Notes under the pieces: generated by a model
Told to the model about the DNA's origin: nothing
What the model saw: only the letters and a program-made list of their open reading frames with translations
The model's database searches: none
Part shown: one piece after another, positions 50,413-59,727 of the stretch
Layout: each line of letters starts with the position of its first letter
Position numbering within the stretch: position 1 is the first letter of the stretch
Source of the DNA: Dehalococcoidia bacterium
GTDB lineage: Bacteria > Chloroflexota > Dehalococcoidia > Bin125
Direction: 5' to 3'
Length of the DNA: 64,000 nt
Assembly (NCBI GenBank): GCA_965200625.1
Contig: OZ241375.1
Location: 2,344,078 to 2,408,077, forward strand
Position numbers and translations under genes: made by a program

Positions 50413-51918
50413 ATGACTACCTCCCGCGCGTTTGGCCGCACCCCCGCGCCCGACGTTCCCAACGGCATGACCTGGCTCAACACCGGCCGCGAGCTGTCGA
50501 TGGCCGACTTCCGCGGCCGCCTGCTGATCCTGCACTTCTGGACCTACGCTTGAATCAACTGTCTGCATGTCCTTCCGCAGTTGCGGAAGCTCGAACGCCG
50601 CTACGCCGACACCCTCCAGGTTGTCTCCGTCCACTCGCCCAAGTTCCCCACCGAGCGCGAGACCGAGAACCTGCGCCAGGCGATCCTGCGCCTGCGGATT
50701 GAGCATCCGGTGCTCAACGACGCCGACTTCAAGTACTGGCAAACCTTCGGCGCGCGCGCCTGGCCGACGCTTTTTTTCATCGACCCGAACGGTAACGTGA
50801 TCGGCATGCATGAGGGCGAGCTCACCGAAGACATGGCCGCGCCGCTGATCGACGGCTGGCTGGCCGAGTACGAGGCCGAGCAGCTGCTTTCCCGCCAGAA
50901 TCTCGGCCTCGTCCGCGAGACCGGCCGCGAGAGCGCCCTCTCTTTCCCCGGCAAGGTCGCCTGGGACGACGACTCGGGCCGCCTCGTCGTCGCCGACAGC
51001 AACAACGACCGCATCATCGTCGCCGATCTGGACGGCAACGTGGATCAGGTGATCGGCGGTTCCGCCGCCGGCTTCCGCGACGGCGCGGCCGCGGCGGCGC
51101 AGTTCAACCAGCCGCAGGGCGTCGTCGTCCACGACGGCCAGATCTTCGTCGCCGACAACGAGAACCACGCCGTGCGCCGGATCGATCTGAGCGACGGCAG
51201 CGTCAGCACGATCGCCGGCACCGGCGAGCAGGCGCGCTCGATGCCCGCCGGCGAGCCAGCCCGCCGCACCGCGCTCAGCTCCCCCTGGGATGTCGCCGTG
51301 CACGGCGGCAATCTCTATATCGCCATGGCCGGCATTCACCAGATCTGGCGGCTGCCCCTCGGCGATCAGCACGGGGACGGCTCCTACGTCGGACCGTGGG
51401 GCGGTTCCGGCCGCGAGGGGATCGTTGACGGCCCGCGAATGCGCGCAGAGCTGGCGCAGGTCTCCGGCCTCGCGCCGGGCCCGATCGGCCTCGCCTTCGC
51501 CGACTCCGAATCGAGCGGCGTGCGCGAGGTGAGCTGGGATCCCGACGGACAGGTGACCACCTTCATCGGCAAGACGGGGCAGGGTGGACTCTTCCACTTC
51601 GGCGACGCCGACGGCGGCCGCGCCGTCGCGCGGCTCCAGCATCCGCTCGATGTCGCCCGCGTCGGGGACGAGCTCTACGTCGCCGACACCTTCAACCACA
51701 AGATCAAGCAGGTCTTCCCGCACACCGAGAACGTCAACACGCTCGTCGGCGGCCACGGCGACGCGGTCGGCAGCTTCAGCGAACTCCAGCTCGACGAGCC
51801 CGGCGGTCTGACCAACGGCCCCGGCCGCTCCCTGCTCGTCGCCGACACCAACAACCACCGCATCCTGCTACTCGACCTCGACACCCGTCAAGGCCGCGAG
51901 ATCGCGCTCCGCTTATGA
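50413..51918 (+). CDS. Thioredoxin-like plus NHL-repeat protein, probable selenoprotein (in-frame TGA at 50551-50553)
   Basis: WLNT..LSMADFRGRLLILHFWTYA-U-INCLHV continues in frame into VHSPKF, AWPT and NHL repeats. Confidence 0.85.
50572..50589 (+). promoter_or_regulatory. Candidate bacterial SECIS hairpin
   Basis: cttccgc-agtt-gcggaag; 25 nt between the TGA and the loop. Confidence 0.65.
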
Positions 51919-51931
51919 GCTGAGATAACGG

Positions 51932-52960
51932 TCAGTCCCGCGGCACGGAAATCAGCGCGCCGTCCCGCCCGAGCGTGACCGGGCCGTTGTAGGCATCGCG
52001 GACGCCGCTGAGGAAGACCCGCTCCAGCGCCCGCGTCGGCAGGGGCGGCACGATGTGGTAGAGCAGGAGGCGCTTGGCGCCGGCCTCGGTCGCCGTCCGC
52101 GCCGCCTCGACCGGCGTCGCGTGATACGACGGCACATCGCGCATTACCTTCGCCGCCCGCCAGTTGCCCCGCGACTCCGCCGCTGCCGCGATTCGCTCGG
52201 TCAGCCTCGAGGCCAGCGCATCGTGCACCAGCAGGTCTGCGCCCCGCGCATGGCGCACGAGCGTTTCCGAGTACGCCGTATCGCCGCTCACGACCACCGT
52301 CCGCCCCTGATAGTCAATGCGGTAGGCCACCGCCTGACAGACCGGTGAGTGCAGCACGGCAAAGGCGCGCACGCGCACGCCGTCCGCGGTCTCCAGCACG
52401 GTGACCAGCTCACCGTCGTCCGGCATCGGGAACGGGACGGCGGCCAACCCGCTCCCGCTCGGCGGCGCGATCTCCGCCCCATGGTGCGCCACTCGATAGC
52501 CGAAGTCCGCGGTGTAGGCCTGATTGAACCCGTCCACGACCTCGCTGACCACCGGCGGTCCATGCACCGGCAACGGCTCCTCACTCGCCCGTCCAACCCA
52601 GCGCAGCGTCGCCAGCTCGCCCAGACCATCGATATGATCGGAGTGCGCGTGGGTCAACAGCACCGCCTCCACGCGGCCGGGATTGACGCCGAAGCGTCCC
52701 ATGTTGCGCGCGCCGTTGGTTCCGGCGTCGATCACGAACAAGTGGGCGCCCGCCTGCACCGCGACGCACGGCCCCGATCGCCAGGGATCGAACATCGGTC
52801 CGCCCGCGCCGCAGAGCAGCACATGAATGCCGTCCTCGAGCGCCGCCAGCGCGTCCTGCCCCTGGCGGGCGGCAACGGTGCGCTCCAGCAACCGCAGCGT
52901 GAACGCCGCCGGCAGCAGCGAGGCAACGAGCCCAATCAACCCCGCCAAAGCACCACGCAT
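51932..52960 (-). CDS. MBL-fold metallo-hydrolase (RNase Z/AtsA-like)
   Basis: THAHSDHIDG, SGDT, LLVHDA, YHIVPP. Confidence 0.88.
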   Translation of the reverse strand: MRGALAGLIGLVASLLPAAFTLRLLERTVAARQGQDALAALEDGIHVLLCGAGGPMFDPWRSGPCVAVQAGAHLFVIDAGTNGARNMGRFGVNPGRVEAVLLTHAHSDHIDGLGELATLRWVGRASEEPLPVHGPPVVSEVVDGFNQAYTADFGYRVAHHGAEIAPPSGSGLAAVPFPMPDDGELVTVLETADGVRVRAFAVLHSPVCQAVAYRIDYQGRTVVVSGDTAYSETLVRHARGADLLVHDALASRLTERIAAAAESRGNWRAAKVMRDVPSYHATPVEAARTATEAGAKRLLLYHIVPPLPTRALERVFLSGVRDAYNGPVTLGRDGALISVPRD

Positions 52961-52992
52961 CCACGTCCTCCATCATCCGCAAGCTTCCCCAC

Positions 52993-53320
52993 CATACCCG
53001 CGCTTGCCGCGGGTATCTCGCCGCGCAGAGGCAGTGGTCGCTGACGCGACGAGATTGCGGTGGCAGAGCGCGGCAATGACGGAGGGGGGCGTTGTTGCTC
53101 CCAACCACCGTCATACCCGCGCTTGCCGCGGGTATCTCGCCGCGAAGAGGTAGTGGTCGCTGACGCGAGGAGCTTGCCGCGGCGGAGCGCGGCAATGACG
53201 GAGGGGGGCGTTCTTGCCCCCAACTACCGTCATACCCGCGCTTGCCGCGGGTATCTCGCCGCGAAGAGGCAGTGGTCGCTGACGCATCGAGCTTGCCGCG
53301 GCGGAGCGCGGCAATGACGG
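52993..53320. repeat. Tandem array of about three 119-bp units, each an inverted pair of REP-like palindromes
   Basis: catacccgcgcttgccgcgggtatctcgccgcg at 52993, 53112, 53231; partner arm ends gagcgcggcaatgacgg. Confidence 0.9.
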
Positions 53321-53361
53321 ATCCTGGGCGAGGCGCTGAGCGCGGTTGGGCAACGTTGCCC

Positions 53362-54585
53362 TCAGACGACCCGCTGGCCGCCCTGCAGCACGAACGAGGG
53401 CTGATTGAGGTTGCGGATGTTCGCCGCCGGATCTCCCGTGAAGGCGGCCAGATCGGCGTCGAAGCCTTGGGCTAGCCGACCGGTTTGCTTTGCGCCGATT
53501 GCGTCGGCCGTGTCGCTGGTCATGATCCGCAGCGCCTGCCACTCTCTGAGGCCGACATCCTCGACGAACGCCCACGCCTCAGCCGGCGCGCGGTTGAAGT
53601 CGGCGTAGGCCATGCCCATGTCCAGGCCGGAGGTGAAGCGCGCCCCGCGATCGCGCATGTCGCACAGGATCTCGAGGCCCTGCTCGCGCGGCGACGGCCC
53701 CTGCAGATTGGGATTGCGGCGCGGCGCGTCGTCGCCGCGCTCGCGCGCCTCGGCGGCGAGCAGCCCCAGCCCGATCGTCGGATTGACCCAGATCCCCTCA
53801 TCCGCGATCCGCTGCGCCAGTTCCGGCTCGTAGCGGAAGCCCTCCGTCGGGTTGTGCGAGAGCCAGCGGCAGTGGATCAGGTGCCGCACGCCGCCCTCGA
53901 CCGCCGCGCGGATGCCCTCCGCCGCGTGCGTATGTGCCGCCACCTCGATCCCGCCGGCCTTGCCCGCCTCGACGATCTCGCGGATTGTCTCCGGCGGATA
54001 CTGGCGGTCGCGCGGATTCGAGGTCGGCGTGAAGTTCCCGCCCGAGGCCATCACCTTGAGCACGTCCGCGCCCTGATCGACGTGCGCCTGCGCCATCGCC
54101 CGCACCGCCTCCGGCGAGTCCGCCTCGCCGCCCCAAAACCAGCAGTGATCCATCGTCCGCGTGATCGGCGCGCCGGAGGCCAGCAGACGCGGGCCGGGAA
54201 TCACCCCGGCGGCGATCGCCTCACGCACGGCGAACACGACCTCATTCTTCGAGCCGAGGTCGCGCATCGTCGTGATCCCGCTGCGCAGCGCCAGCCCGAC
54301 CGCGTGCGCCGCCCGCATCAGGGCGGGCTCATTCGCCTCCGCCGAGATGATGTCGAAGGCGTCCACGCGCGGCGGACAGGGGATGTGCGTGTGCCCCTCG
54401 ACCAGGCCGGGCAGGAGCGAGACCTCGCCCAGATCGACGACCTCGCCCGGCGGCGCGTCGGCGGCGGGCAGCACGTCAATGATCTTGCCGTCGGCGACGC
54501 CCACCGCGTGGTCGGGCAGCCAGCCGTCCAGCGCCGCATTGGCGACCCGCGCCGCGCGGTAGAAGCGTCGATCGGCAGCCGGCAT
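53362..54585 (-). CDS. Amidohydrolase family protein
   Basis: LLPGLVEGHTH, GITTMRDLG, KVMASGG, AAHTH. Confidence 0.9.
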   Translation of the reverse strand: MPAADRRFYRAARVANAALDGWLPDHAVGVADGKIIDVLPAADAPPGEVVDLGEVSLLPGLVEGHTHIPCPPRVDAFDIISAEANEPALMRAAHAVGLALRSGITTMRDLGSKNEVVFAVREAIAAGVIPGPRLLASGAPITRTMDHCWFWGGEADSPEAVRAMAQAHVDQGADVLKVMASGGNFTPTSNPRDRQYPPETIREIVEAGKAGGIEVAAHTHAAEGIRAAVEGGVRHLIHCRWLSHNPTEGFRYEPELAQRIADEGIWVNPTIGLGLLAAEARERGDDAPRRNPNLQGPSPREQGLEILCDMRDRGARFTSGLDMGMAYADFNRAPAEAWAFVEDVGLREWQALRIMTSDTADAIGAKQTGRLAQGFDADLAAFTGDPAANIRNLNQPSFVLQGGQRVV

Positions 54586-55352
54586 TAGTGCGCGCCCCAG
54601 CTAGGCGGACGCTTCTCGCGGAAGGCCTGCGGCCCCTCCTTGGCGTCCGACGTGTCGCGCGCCACGCGGCGCATCGTCTCGCCGAAGCGGATCGCCTGGA
54701 CGAAGGGTAGCTCCTGACCGCGGTGCGCGACCTCTTTGGTCGCCCGCACGGCGAGCGGCGCGCCCTTGCACAGCCGCTGTGCCAGCGCCTGCGCGGCGGG
54801 CAGCAGATCGTCGTGCGGCACGATCTCCCAGACCAGGCCCATCTCCTTCGCCCGCCAGGCGTCAACCCGGTCGCCGATCAGCAGCAGCTCCATCGCGTAG
54901 TGCCAGGCGATGCGCTTGGGCATTCGGATCGAACCCTGAATAGTGGGCACGCCGATCTGCACCTCGGGGAAGCCGAACTGGGCGCGCTCGGAGGCGATCA
55001 CGAAGTCGCAGGCGGCGACCAGCGTCAGCCCGAAGCCGAGCGCGTAGCCGTTGACCGCGGCGATCGTCGGCTTCCAGATCTCCATGCCCGATTCCAGCGA
55101 GGTCAGCGACGGCACCTCCCAGAAGCTGTGCTCCTCAGGCGGCGCTGGCGAGCGCAGGTCGGCACCCGCCGAGAACGCGCGTCCGGCGCCGGTCACGATC
55201 CCGACCCAGGCCTCGTCGTCGTTGCGGAACGCTTCCCAGCAGGCGTTCAGGTCGGCGCGCAGCTCATGGTTGATCGCGTTCAGCGCTTCGGGCCGGTTGT
55301 AGGTGATCGTCGCAATCCGCCCGCTGCGCTCATAGGTCACGGTGTCGCCCAT
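54585..55352 (-). CDS. Enoyl-CoA hydratase/isomerase
   Basis: NRPEALNA, FSAGADL, KPTIAAVNGYALG, FREKRPP. Confidence 0.94.
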   Translation of the reverse strand: MGDTVTYERSGRIATITYNRPEALNAINHELRADLNACWEAFRNDDEAWVGIVTGAGRAFSAGADLRSPAPPEEHSFWEVPSLTSLESGMEIWKPTIAAVNGYALGFGLTLVAACDFVIASERAQFGFPEVQIGVPTIQGSIRMPKRIAWHYAMELLLIGDRVDAWRAKEMGLVWEIVPHDDLLPAAQALAQRLCKGAPLAVRATKEVAHRGQELPFVQAIRFGETMRRVARDTSDAKEGPQAFREKRPPSWGAH

Positions 55353-55397
55353 CAAGGCCTCCTCTGCATTCCACCCCTCAGCCTACCCGCGCCCCCA

Positions 55398-56570
55398 CTA
55401 CAGCGGCTCCAGGTCTTCATTGAGGATGTCGATGTACGCCGGATAGGAGTAGAGCCGATTGCGCCGCCGCCCAGTGATTTCCCGGGCGAGCCCCAGCTCA
55501 ACGAGTCGCTGGACCGCACCAGAAGCGCTGGGGGTGGAGATGCCCGCGTCGTTGGCCAGTCCTCGAATCGAGTGAATGGGCCGTTGGGCAAGCGCATAGT
55601 GGACGGCCTGCGCGCTGGCATTGCGCTTGAGTGAACGCTGGATTGTCCTGCGATCGGCAGCGACGCGATCGGAGAGGCGGCGCGCCATATCGGCGGCGGT
55701 CTCGGCGGTGCTGCGCACGCCGTCAACAAAGAAGTCGAGCCAGGTTTCCCACGCTCCCCGGGTCCGAACGGCCTCAAGCAGATAGTAATAGGTGCTGCGA
55801 TGCTGTTTGAGGTAGAGGCTGAGGTAGAGAATCGGGTTGTGGAGCACCTGCTCACGGTGCAGCATGAGCGAAATCAGCAGCCGCCCAAGTCGGCCGTTGC
55901 CATCGAGGAAGGGGTGAATCGACTCGAATTGGACGTGCGCCAGGCCGGCCTTGATGATTGTCGGCGTATGGGGATCGAGGGCGTTGATGTAGCTCGTCAG
56001 CGCCTGCATTGCGGCCGGCACCTCCGCGGGCGGCGGCGGAACATAATCGGCATAGGCGGGGTGCCGCCCGTTGATCCAATTCAGGCGCGACCGCAGTTGT
56101 CCCGGTTCCTTGTCGCTGCCGCGGGCGGACTGCATCAGGATCCCGTGAGCCCGGCAGAGCAGCTCTGCGTCGATGGACGAACCGGCACCGAGCTCGTTGA
56201 CCGCGTAGTTGAGCGCGTTCACGTAATTCGAGACTTCCACGACGTCATCAACGGGGACGCCGGACGGATCGTCGAGTTCATAGAGCAGCAAATCGGAGAT
56301 CGATGAGCGTGTCCCTTCAATCTGGGAAGAGAGCACGGCCTCGCGGCGAATGAAGGAGTAGAGGAACAGATCGGCGTCCGGCAGCAGGTTGGAGGCCGCG
56401 TCCAAACGGCCCAGCGCAGTCTGTGCTTGGGCGATCAGCGGAACGAGCGGCGCGAGCTCCAGCGGAGGAAACGGGGGCAGCTCTTCGGGGATGAAGGCGT
56501 CCACCATCGCCCCCTCAAAGTCGGTCGGTACCGAAATGCCTGTTCGTGATCGTTCCAACGCGTCAGTCAC
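55398..56570 (-). CDS. Fic family protein (class II) with C-terminal HTH
   Basis: HPFLDGNGRLGR; inhibitory SSQIEG; ITGRRRNRLYSY. Confidence 0.93.
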   Translation of the reverse strand: MTDALERSRTGISVPTDFEGAMVDAFIPEELPPFPPLELAPLVPLIAQAQTALGRLDAASNLLPDADLFLYSFIRREAVLSSQIEGTRSSISDLLLYELDDPSGVPVDDVVEVSNYVNALNYAVNELGAGSSIDAELLCRAHGILMQSARGSDKEPGQLRSRLNWINGRHPAYADYVPPPPAEVPAAMQALTSYINALDPHTPTIIKAGLAHVQFESIHPFLDGNGRLGRLLISLMLHREQVLHNPILYLSLYLKQHRSTYYYLLEAVRTRGAWETWLDFFVDGVRSTAETAADMARRLSDRVAADRRTIQRSLKRNASAQAVHYALAQRPIHSIRGLANDAGISTPSASGAVQRLVELGLAREITGRRRNRLYSYPAYIDILNEDLEPL

Positions 56571-56700
56571 CCCCTCGTAATGAAAGAATATCTCCTAAGC
56601 CTGAATAACGCCACAGGATAATTCAAGTTTCGAGAATAGCGCGGAGCGCTATTCAGATTTACGCCGTAAGTCTGAATAGCGGCCGCGGTCGAACCGCCGA

Positions 56701-57585
56701 TCAGCCTGCCTGCAGACCCTGCAGATGCTGAGCGGCGAACTCCGCCAACACGGACTCCGCGTCCGCGGCCGGGTGCAGATTGGCGATCGCGTGGTCGAAG
56801 CCGCGGCTCTTCATCTCCGCCAGCGTCTCCGCCGCCTCGTCGAGCGTGTCCTCGGCGAGCACCGTGATGCGGTTGATCATCAGGCTCAGCGCCGACGCGT
56901 CGCGGCCCCGCGCTTCCGCCTCCGACTTCACCAGCGCCCAGTCGTCGTCCAGCGTGTCGAGCATTGCCGGGTTGGCGAGATAGCCGTCGGCGAAGCGGCC
57001 GGCGCGGCGCAGCTGGCGCGGGTGGTTGCCGCCCAGCAGGATCGGCACGCGGCGCGGTGGCTGCGGCCGGCAGTACCAACCCTCCGTGTTGTAGAACTCG
57101 CCCGCGAACGAACCGATCTCGTTCTCCCACAGGTCGCGCAGCACCTGCAGATACTCGTCCATCCGCGCCCCGCGCCGATCGAACGGCATCGAGAGCGCCT
57201 CAAACTCCTCTTTCCACCAGCCCACGCCCGCGCCGAGAATCAGCCGCCCGCCGGCCAGATGGTCGAGCGTGGCCATCCACTTGGCGTGCAGGACGGGCGC
57301 GCGCATCGGCGCGACGAGCACCGCCGTGCCCAACTCCACCCGCTCGGTCACCGCCGCCGCGTAGGTGAGCAGCGTCAGCGGCTCGAGGAACGGCGCTTCC
57401 GCCGGGACGAGGAACCGGCCGTCCTCCGAGTAGGGATAGTCCGACCCCTGATCGGGGCGCAGCACCACATGGTCAAACGTCCACAGCGAGTCGTAGCCGT
57501 TCGCCTCGACCGCTCGCGCCACGTGGGCCACATTCTCCGGACTGGCCGCGCCGCCGATCTGCGGCAGGTAGATGCCGACCTTCAT
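56701..57585 (-). CDS. LLM-class, probably F420-dependent, oxidoreductase
   Basis: SLWTFDHVV, YPY, GRLILGAGVGWWKEEF. Confidence 0.88.
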   Translation of the reverse strand: MKVGIYLPQIGGAASPENVAHVARAVEANGYDSLWTFDHVVLRPDQGSDYPYSEDGRFLVPAEAPFLEPLTLLTYAAAVTERVELGTAVLVAPMRAPVLHAKWMATLDHLAGGRLILGAGVGWWKEEFEALSMPFDRRGARMDEYLQVLRDLWENEIGSFAGEFYNTEGWYCRPQPPRRVPILLGGNHPRQLRRAGRFADGYLANPAMLDTLDDDWALVKSEAEARGRDASALSLMINRITVLAEDTLDEAAETLAEMKSRGFDHAIANLHPAADAESVLAEFAAQHLQGLQAG

Positions 57586-57735
57586 CCGTCACTCCCTCTC
57601 AGATGGCAGCGGGCGGTACCCTCGGCAGATAATGCCCCTGCTGATGTTGCTGCTGAAGTTTCTGCTGTTCGTGCCTGCGCTGCCCATTATGCCTGACCCG
57701 GCCCGCCGCCCGCTCCGCTCGACCGCGCCGCGGCG

Positions 57736-59034
57736 GTGCGGGACGTGAGTCAGCGCCCCGCCTTCGACCGGCCGCCGCTGCGCCGGCTCTTCGCGATTCG
57801 CGATTACCGCGTCCTCTGGGCCGCCGCGCTCTGCATGATCATCGCCCAGCAGATCCGCTTCATTGCGATCCCGCAGTGGTTCCTCGATCAGACCGGCGCG
57901 GACTCGTTCACCGAAGTCGCGATCATCGGCGCTGTCCAGCTGCCGATCCAGGCGTTCGCCGTGCTCTACGGCGGCGCGCTCGCCGACCGCTTCGACCGCC
58001 GCTGGCTGATGGCCGGCGCGAATGCCGCCGTGCTCGCAATTCTGATCGTCGTCGCCGCTGCCGCCACAGCCGATGTCCTCGAATTCTGGATGGCCTGGGT
58101 CGCGCTCGGTGTGCTCGGCGGGCTCGCCACCTTCGTCGCGCCCGCCCGCGCGACGATCACGCCGCGCGTCGTCCCGCCGCGCTACCTCAGCGCCGCCGTA
58201 ACGCTCGACACCAGCACCCAGATGACCGGCTGGATTCTCGGCGGCGCGATCGTCACGGCGCTGGCGCTCGGCCTCGACGCGATCGGGATGCTCTGGGTGG
58301 CGGCCGGCTTCGCCGCCGTCTCTGCCGTGATGCCGATGTTCATTCGGACCTCGGCGCGCGCCGTCTCGGAGCGCCAGTCGACCGTCCGCATGGTCTGGGA
58401 GGGCACGCGCTACGTCCTCCGTCACCCGATCCTGCCCGGCCTCTTCATCCTCGACTGGGGGATCACCGTGATCTCCTACTACCGCGAGATTCTGCCCCTG
58501 CTGGCGACCGGGCTGTTCATGGCCGGCGTCGGCGCGGCGGGCGCGTTGGGCACCGTCAACGCGGTCGGCTCCGCCGGCGGGATGATGCTGGCGCTCTTCC
58601 TGGTCAACTACCGCGCCAAAGGCATCATGGTGCTCGCCGCCTCCGCGTTCTACGCCGCCCTGCTCTTCGCCCTGGGCGCGGCGCCCTGGCTCTGGGCCGG
58701 GATGATCGTGATCGCCCTGCTCGGCGCCGCCGACGCCGTCACCGTCGCCGTCCGCCAGGTCACCGTGCACCTCACCACGCCCGACGAAATGCGCGGTCGC
58801 GCCTTCTCCGTCATGGTGCTCATGGCGCAGACCGCCAATAACCTCGGCATCATCTGGGTCGGCTTCTGGGGCGACGAGATCGGCGTCGAAAACACCTACT
58901 TCCTCGGCGGCGCGATCGGGCTCGGCGCAACCCTGCTGATCGGCGTCCTCTGGCGCTCGATCAGCCGCTACCGAGCGCCCCAACACCTGCTGGACGGGCA
59001 GCAGCCGGACGCAGCTGACCAAAATCCCGCCTGA
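57736..59034 (+). CDS. MFS transporter
   Basis: GGALADRFDRR, TPDEMRGRAFS; many TM segments. Confidence 0.9.
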   Translation: MRDVSQRPAFDRPPLRRLFAIRDYRVLWAAALCMIIAQQIRFIAIPQWFLDQTGADSFTEVAIIGAVQLPIQAFAVLYGGALADRFDRRWLMAGANAAVLAILIVVAAAATADVLEFWMAWVALGVLGGLATFVAPARATITPRVVPPRYLSAAVTLDTSTQMTGWILGGAIVTALALGLDAIGMLWVAAGFAAVSAVMPMFIRTSARAVSERQSTVRMVWEGTRYVLRHPILPGLFILDWGITVISYYREILPLLATGLFMAGVGAAGALGTVNAVGSAGGMMLALFLVNYRAKGIMVLAASAFYAALLFALGAAPWLWAGMIVIALLGAADAVTVAVRQVTVHLTTPDEMRGRAFSVMVLMAQTANNLGIIWVGFWGDEIGVENTYFLGGAIGLGATLLIGVLWRSISRYRAPQHLLDGQQPDAADQNPA

Positions 59035-59046
59035 TTGGACGAGCCA

Positions 59047-59727
59047 ATGGTCTTCAGCGAGCAACTGATCGATTTCCTGGTCGAACTCTCCGCCAACAAC
59101 AACCGCGAGTGGTTCAACGAGCGCAAGGACCGCTACGAGTCGATCCTGCGCGAGCCGGCGCTCGAGTACATCCGCCAGGTCGCGGGGCCGCTGGCCGAGA
59201 TCTCACCCCACCTCCGCGCCTCCGACCGCAAGCAGGGCGGCTCGCTGATGCGCATCTACCGCGATGTCCGCTTCGCGCGCGACAAGTCGCCCTACAAGAC
59301 CAACGTCGGCATCCAGTTCCGCCACGAGGCGGGCAAGGACGTCCACGCGCCCGGCTACTACGTGCACATCTCCGTCGAGGAGTGCTTCATCGGCTCCGGC
59401 AGCTGGATGCCCGACCGCGACGCCCTGCTCGCCTACCGCCGCGCCGTCTCCGAGCATCCCCGCGAGTGGCTCGCGCTCAAGCAGCTCGCCGACTCCGACG
59501 CCTGGAGCTTGGGCGGCCATCAGGATTCGCTCAAGCGCCCGCCGCGCGGCTTCGCCGCCGACGATCCAATGATCGAGGACATCAAGCGCAAGCACTTCAT
59601 TCTCACGCACGAGCTGGACCTCGAATACGTCACCGCCCCCAACTTCGCCGCCTACACCGTCGAGAGGTTCCAGGAGTCCAAAGCCTGGATGGCCTTCCTC
59701 ACCAAAGCCACCGGCCTACCGTTCTAG
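59047..59727 (+). CDS. DUF2461 family protein
   Basis: NNNREWFNE, RIYRDVRFARDKSPYK, LKRPPRGF. Confidence 0.92.
   Translation: MVFSEQLIDFLVELSANNNREWFNERKDRYESILREPALEYIRQVAGPLAEISPHLRASDRKQGGSLMRIYRDVRFARDKSPYKTNVGIQFRHEAGKDVHAPGYYVHISVEECFIGSGSWMPDRDALLAYRRAVSEHPREWLALKQLADSDAWSLGGHQDSLKRPPRGFAADDPMIEDIKRKHFILTHELDLEYVTAPNFAAYTVERFQESKAWMAFLTKATGLPF

Noticed and set aside
50551-50553. Pseudogene interpretation of the in-frame TGA
   Set aside because: Stop falls on the redox Cys position, a SECIS-like hairpin follows and the rest of the gene is intact; disfavoured but not excluded
52993-53320. Possible CRISPR array
   Set aside because: Sequences between palindromes are near-identical rather than unique spacers, the period is 119 bp, and no cas genes are present
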